Shown here in pieces: positions 58,936 through 64,000 of a stretch of DNA of 64,000 bases. How positions within the stretch are numbered: the stretch's first letter is position 1; the number at the start of each line of letters is the position of its first letter. The DNA comes from Antedon mediterranea (lineage: Eukaryota > Animalia > Echinodermata). The DNA lies in assembly GCF_964355755.1 (NCBI RefSeq), contig NC_092673.1, positions 21,511,648-21,575,647 of the forward strand, read 5' to 3'. The translations under genes were made by a program, and so were the position numbers. Under the pieces are notes generated by a model that saw only the letters and a program-made list of their open reading frames with translations, was not told the DNA's origin and did no database searches.

Positions 58936-61490
58936 ACTCGATTTGTTTTATCTTTTTATCAATATCATAAATATTTTCTTTTCAGTTCTAAAAATAAAGA
59001 ACCTTTGTGTCTTCAGATAACATTGGATATATATATATATATAACATTATGCGCCTTGAGCACTCTTGAGTGGTATGTGCGCTATAAAAATCCTATTATT
59101 ATTATTGTTATTGTTAGTGTTATTATTATATTATATAAATGTTAGCACATATTCTATTTTCATCAGCATCACATATTGGGATAACAACGGCAATGGTAAA
59201 CTAAATAAACAGACAAACGCGATGAATCCAAATCACATGAATGTTTCCTTGACATAAAACTATATTATGTCACATGTTCAAATAATGTAATGCAATTATT
59301 TAATCGGAACATGAACCAATTCACAGAGGGGGGAAGACAAATGGTCTATTAATGCATGGTATTCACAAATTATTTAGAAATGGTTAGGCAGGTTTATTCC
59401 AGAGGCTCTTCTATACCTAACTACGGTTTAAAATTGTGCCTATTGGCATTGCCATAAATCCCACCCTCACACACGTATAGAAAGTTGTACTTTCCATCTG
59501 GGCCTACTGTATAACTATATGAATGCAACAAAAGTAATAGGCGCCGTGTCATTTACATTTATTGCGCGCGTGCTTTTGGATAAGACTAATTATTTTAACA
59601 CAAATTAAATTAAATATTATACTATATGTTTACACATCATCGCCTTACCGAACATTCCTGAAAAAATAGTATTAAGCATTTACTGATCACTCACACACGA
59701 CCTTTTCAATACAACATATGGACGCTAAGCTGCAGCGATGGCAACATGTTCACAGGCTGAAAGCCGACGACAAGGGGGTGTCAACACTAACCGAGCTACG
59801 ATGACATATACAACTCAATGTTACCGACGAACGAGTGGCAAAAAGCCAAACAATAACCTCGTAGCGAATTTGTGTTCATAACTGACACTTATACCACTAT
59901 ATTCCACCACCGATGAACAAAATAAATATTGCGAACGTTTAAAAAACAAAGTTAGTATCAACAAATATGGTAGGCCTACTGTATTTATTATTTTTGGAAA
60001 GAGGTTCACGCGAAAGTCGTTCATAATATTTTCGTTTTTAGAACATACATGCTTGCTTTCGAGGAAATATCAGCATGCTCTGTATTAATATGTATATGCC
60101 TACATAATATTTACAAGATTATATTTTTTACTTGTAAATGTTTTTATGTCGCTTGTATTGTTGAGGGACCCTCAAATCAGCTTCCGCTGGCTGGGTCACC
60201 CTCTTGAAAAATAAATAAATAGGCCTAAATTAAGAAACAACAAGAAACAACCCCGGTAATGTAATGCGCCGGTTCTCAAAACATGCACCAGCATTCGAAT
60301 AAGTAATGTTTAAATACACGCTGATTAGCCCACATAGGGCCTAAAGACTAAAAAACAAAAATGAAAATCACTCCCGGTTAACTTCGTCATTTCAGTTCAT
60401 CGGGAAGGGTCGATTAACTTTTGTTTATAACGTGGCCTAAAGCTCTGTTTACATTATCAAACTAATTTGACACAAAAAAGTGAGATTTTCCCAAATATGG
60501 TAGTGAACTGCCCAAATATGGTAGTGATATGACACCATCATGTCTTATATAGGCACATAACCTTTTTTTTGTCACATAAAGGTTGATAGTGTAGACAGAG
60601 CTTAAATTTTGAAACAAACAAAACAGGAAAAGAAAATCACGTCGGGTCGAGTTGCAAACCTTTACCATAAAAGTATTTAATTTTTGTTGAAAGAAATATC
60701 TTGAAGGTGAAATTCCATAGCAAAATATATTTAACTTGAATACATTAAAATCAAGTTAACAAATAACACAGGTCTGGGTGAATAAACTAAAAAAAAGGCG
60801 GTCGATCAGTATTTAATGATATTAAAAGATTTGATTTAATTTGAAAAGCAGACGTGCGATAATGATTAAAGGGGCTTGGTAGGCAGCTTAACCAATTACA
60901 CCAGGGTATAAGCTGTCAGTTTTAATTTTGATTTGAATGATGCTTCACTTAGAAAATATTTTTTTGATACGTTAAAATTTGACGATTACATAATAATAAA
61001 ATGAAGATGATAATAAAAATGATGATATATCATATCATTTATTGCGCCAAATTTCAAATAGATAAGACATAAAACAGTACTAAAGTAAATTAATGACGCA
61101 GGATCGCCTAAAAGTTATAAATAAAAATAATCGTCGAGAGGCTCTCCACATAGAAATACATAAAAGTTTTAATTAATTTTTGTTTAAACGTACAAAAGTA
61201 TTAGGCCTATATAATTGTTTTAGTATAATATAAAGGTCTATCGTATGCAAAGTCAAAATGATTACGAAGGGTAGACCTACACACACACACCCTTTATACG
61301 CGGAATGCTAGCGTCTTGATGGTACCATAGCAGAATTTACGCCCCTGGTCAATTCTGTTACGGTAGACGGAACCAGCATAACAATAAAAATGCTGATGCA
61401 ATTTTGATAAATGTTGCAAATTTAATAATTCAAATAACATAAATATAAAATATGTTACCTGGTCAGACGGATTAAAATGATGGGCGATAG

Positions 61491-61643
61491 CAGGGGGAGA
61501 TTCAAGGGGGCCAAGCCGACCTGCCCCCCCCCCCCTCTAAATTTCACAAATTATAATGCAAAAGATAGGACATCAAAGTTCAGCACTGCATTTCACTACT
61601 TTTAGGCCTTCAGGCCCCCTATTTCAAATTCCTAGCTCCACTG
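61491..61643. mobile_element. Short degenerate hAT5-like MITE (5-bp TSD)
   Basis: GATAG|CAGGGGGAGATTCAAGG ... CCTAGCTCCACTG|GATAG. Confidence 0.6.
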
Positions 61644-63377
61644 GATAGGGCAGTTCCTATCAAAACAAAACATGAACTTACATTATCATCAGTAACAGTA
61701 TTTCAACGCGAGCGTTATACTAACTTGTGTGTGTTTGATAATTTTATAGGACTAAATATTCATTAACTAAAGATATTACAATGACTAAGTCAATTCAATT
61801 TCGAATTATATTGCTATTCATTTCGGTAAATAGATATTTAAATTTTTCTGGTCTTCACAATTTTTGCCGCAAGAAAACAAACAAATTCTTATAACGATAA
61901 TCAAATGGAACTCAAATACACATAGGCCTACATTTTAAAGCTAGGCTCCCACTAGGCACGTAACGCAAGTAATTTCAGTCCGTATGATCCGCTTGTGATT
62001 GGTCAAATTATTACCGTAGCGTTGCGCGTTTATTTAAAGGTCTGTCTACACTATCAAACTTTATGTGACAAAATCATCATGTCCATATATAGACATGATA
62101 ATGTCATATCAGTACAATTTTTTGGGCACATCACACTTTTTTGTCAAACTAGTTTGACAAATGGACATGATGTCATATCACTACCATATTTGGGCACATC
62201 ACATTTTTTTTGTTAAACCAGTTTGATAGTCTAGACAAACCTTTACAAGTGGAAACCCAGCTTTTGAATAAGTTTTATTTAGTTTTTAAACATTGTAAAT
62301 ATCACTTTTCAGATCAACGTGACTTTTATTTATATGGACTTTTGTTTGTAGAAGTCATAAGATACAAAACATATGCAATTTTACTACAGACATTTGTCCT
62401 ACAGGTGTTCGTCGGCAATTTCGACAAATATAAACCGAGTATATTAAGATAAGAAATATTAAATAGTGTCTCATTTAAACAGCATCGCCTGATAAACTGA
62501 ACTTTTCCCCTCAAAATAATACAGTGTGGTCGCTCTTTTTAGTGCTTGCTAGGTAGGTAGTGTTGGTTACATCGATAACACCGGTAGTAAAGAAACGCAT
62601 ACCATAGCTTGCATATTCATTCATTTAGGATAATTAATTAATAATTAAAAGTTATTAAAAGATTCAGGCCTTCGTTCGTGGTGTTGTTACTGTGTAAATA
62701 ATGGATAAAAACATTGTCTAAATAAGCCTATATTTTTAATAGTAGATTCATTCATAAACTTTAAATTCACGGACGGAAACGTAAAAACCGAAACAATACA
62801 ATTTAAAGTACCTGGATATATAAAAATAAAAAACAAGGTCTAGTCAGCAAGCGAAGCCAAAAGGAGTTCACAATCATACAACAGACCCTAAAATTTAACG
62901 ATCTAACGCAAAGCAGTCGTTTTCCTAAGTTCATGATCATATGTTAATATGTCTACGTTCCTGTAGTAAAACAAATACACGTTTTCATGAATGGGGGTCT
63001 ATAGCTACATGATACTTCCTACCGTCGTCCCCAAAGGCTTCGTCTATAGACACGTTTTGGTTGTAAATCACTTCAAACATAAAACTACGCCAGACTATTT
63101 CTTGGCTTGCACTATAAAATCGACCTACCTAACTTTGTTATTATTATCAGACCGACGTTTACTATGATGTTTACATACACGCTCAGTCACTCCATATTGA
63201 ACACGCTTATTGGCAGCAGCAAAGTGGTGGGAAAAGTTCAATAGTTGTGAATTTAAAAAAAGAAACAGCTAAACTTTGGACACACTGTTTTTGTGGAAGT
63301 ATGTTGTTTGCTTTCTTTATAACCATACATATTTCTGGATAAATACAATCCATCAGTAATGATACCAAGCTTTGGTG

Positions 63378-63516
63378 ACGCGCGCGTCGGAATAATGATG
63401 ATGATGTAACGCGCGCGTCGGAATAATGATGATGATGTAACGCGGGCGTCGGAATAATGATGATGATGTAACGCGCGCGTCGGAATAATGATGATGATGA
63501 CGTAACGTGCGCGTCT
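63378..63516. repeat. 31-bp CpG-rich tandem repeat x4
   Basis: ACGCGCGCGTCGGAATAATGATGATGATGTA repeated. Confidence 0.92.
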
Positions 63517-64000
63517 TTTCAATGATTTTTATTGGACACAGTATTGTGTTATTGTATATTTGATTGTATTGTCTGAATAGGGTGTGGGTGGAAACACACA
63601 TTTTCACGAGATTTAGGCATATACTCTCGAAGTACTTCAAATTGAAAACTAAACAGGAAATTCTTTTGGTCGTGGAAGATTAAAAACAAAGTGCAACAAA
63701 TTTGCACTCTTATCAATATCATTAAAAAGTCTTATGGCTTTCGGAATAAAGGTCTTCTTATAACGTTCGATATTTGAATTATTATTTCTTATATTATGCG
63801 GAGTTTGGTTCTTACTTGGACGCAACGCAAGGACGTAGGCCCAATGAAATTAACAAATCACGACGCGATGGATTCAATTTCGTTGCGCCATGTGTCGTTG
63901 CGTTGCGCCCATGTGAGAACCAAACTCTCCTAGCTCGCATAGTATATTGCTAATTTTATTTTGAAATAATAAAACCGGATATATAGACGACGACGATGGC

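Noticed and set aside
63253-63640. His/Ile/Ser-repeat ORFs
   Set aside because: Produced by the 31-bp tandem repeat.

Overview
AT-rich, intron-rich animal genomic DNA (invertebrate, plausibly an echinoderm-like deuterostome; taxon is inference only). Three spliced protein-coding genes can be rebuilt by hand with GT-AG sites and consistent phases. (1) PGM3/phosphoacetylglucosamine mutase (+, 17 coding exons, 14536-26437, about 548 aa). (2) An unrecognised ankyrin-repeat protein (+, 9 coding exons all joined in phase 0, 28666-36321, about 309 aa) ending in a Ras-like SCCCILS* lipidation signal. (3) An MMP21-like matrix metalloproteinase (-, 6 coding exons, 45049-40570, about 676 aa) with a probable distant TATA promoter near 56.3 kb. 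The rest is non-autonomous mobile DNA: an 11.7-kb nested composite element just upstream of PGM3, five elements with 5-bp target duplications, many MITEs, Helentron-type elements (one carrying two tRNA-Val copies), LINE/SINE remnants and satellites. The most unusual signals are a window-wide excess of TA-GGCC-TA scars and a cluster of 16-29 bp palindromes with 7-bp target duplications, both interpretable as transposon excision footprints. No autonomous transposase, CRISPR array or rRNA was seen. Most ORF-track entries are spurious.
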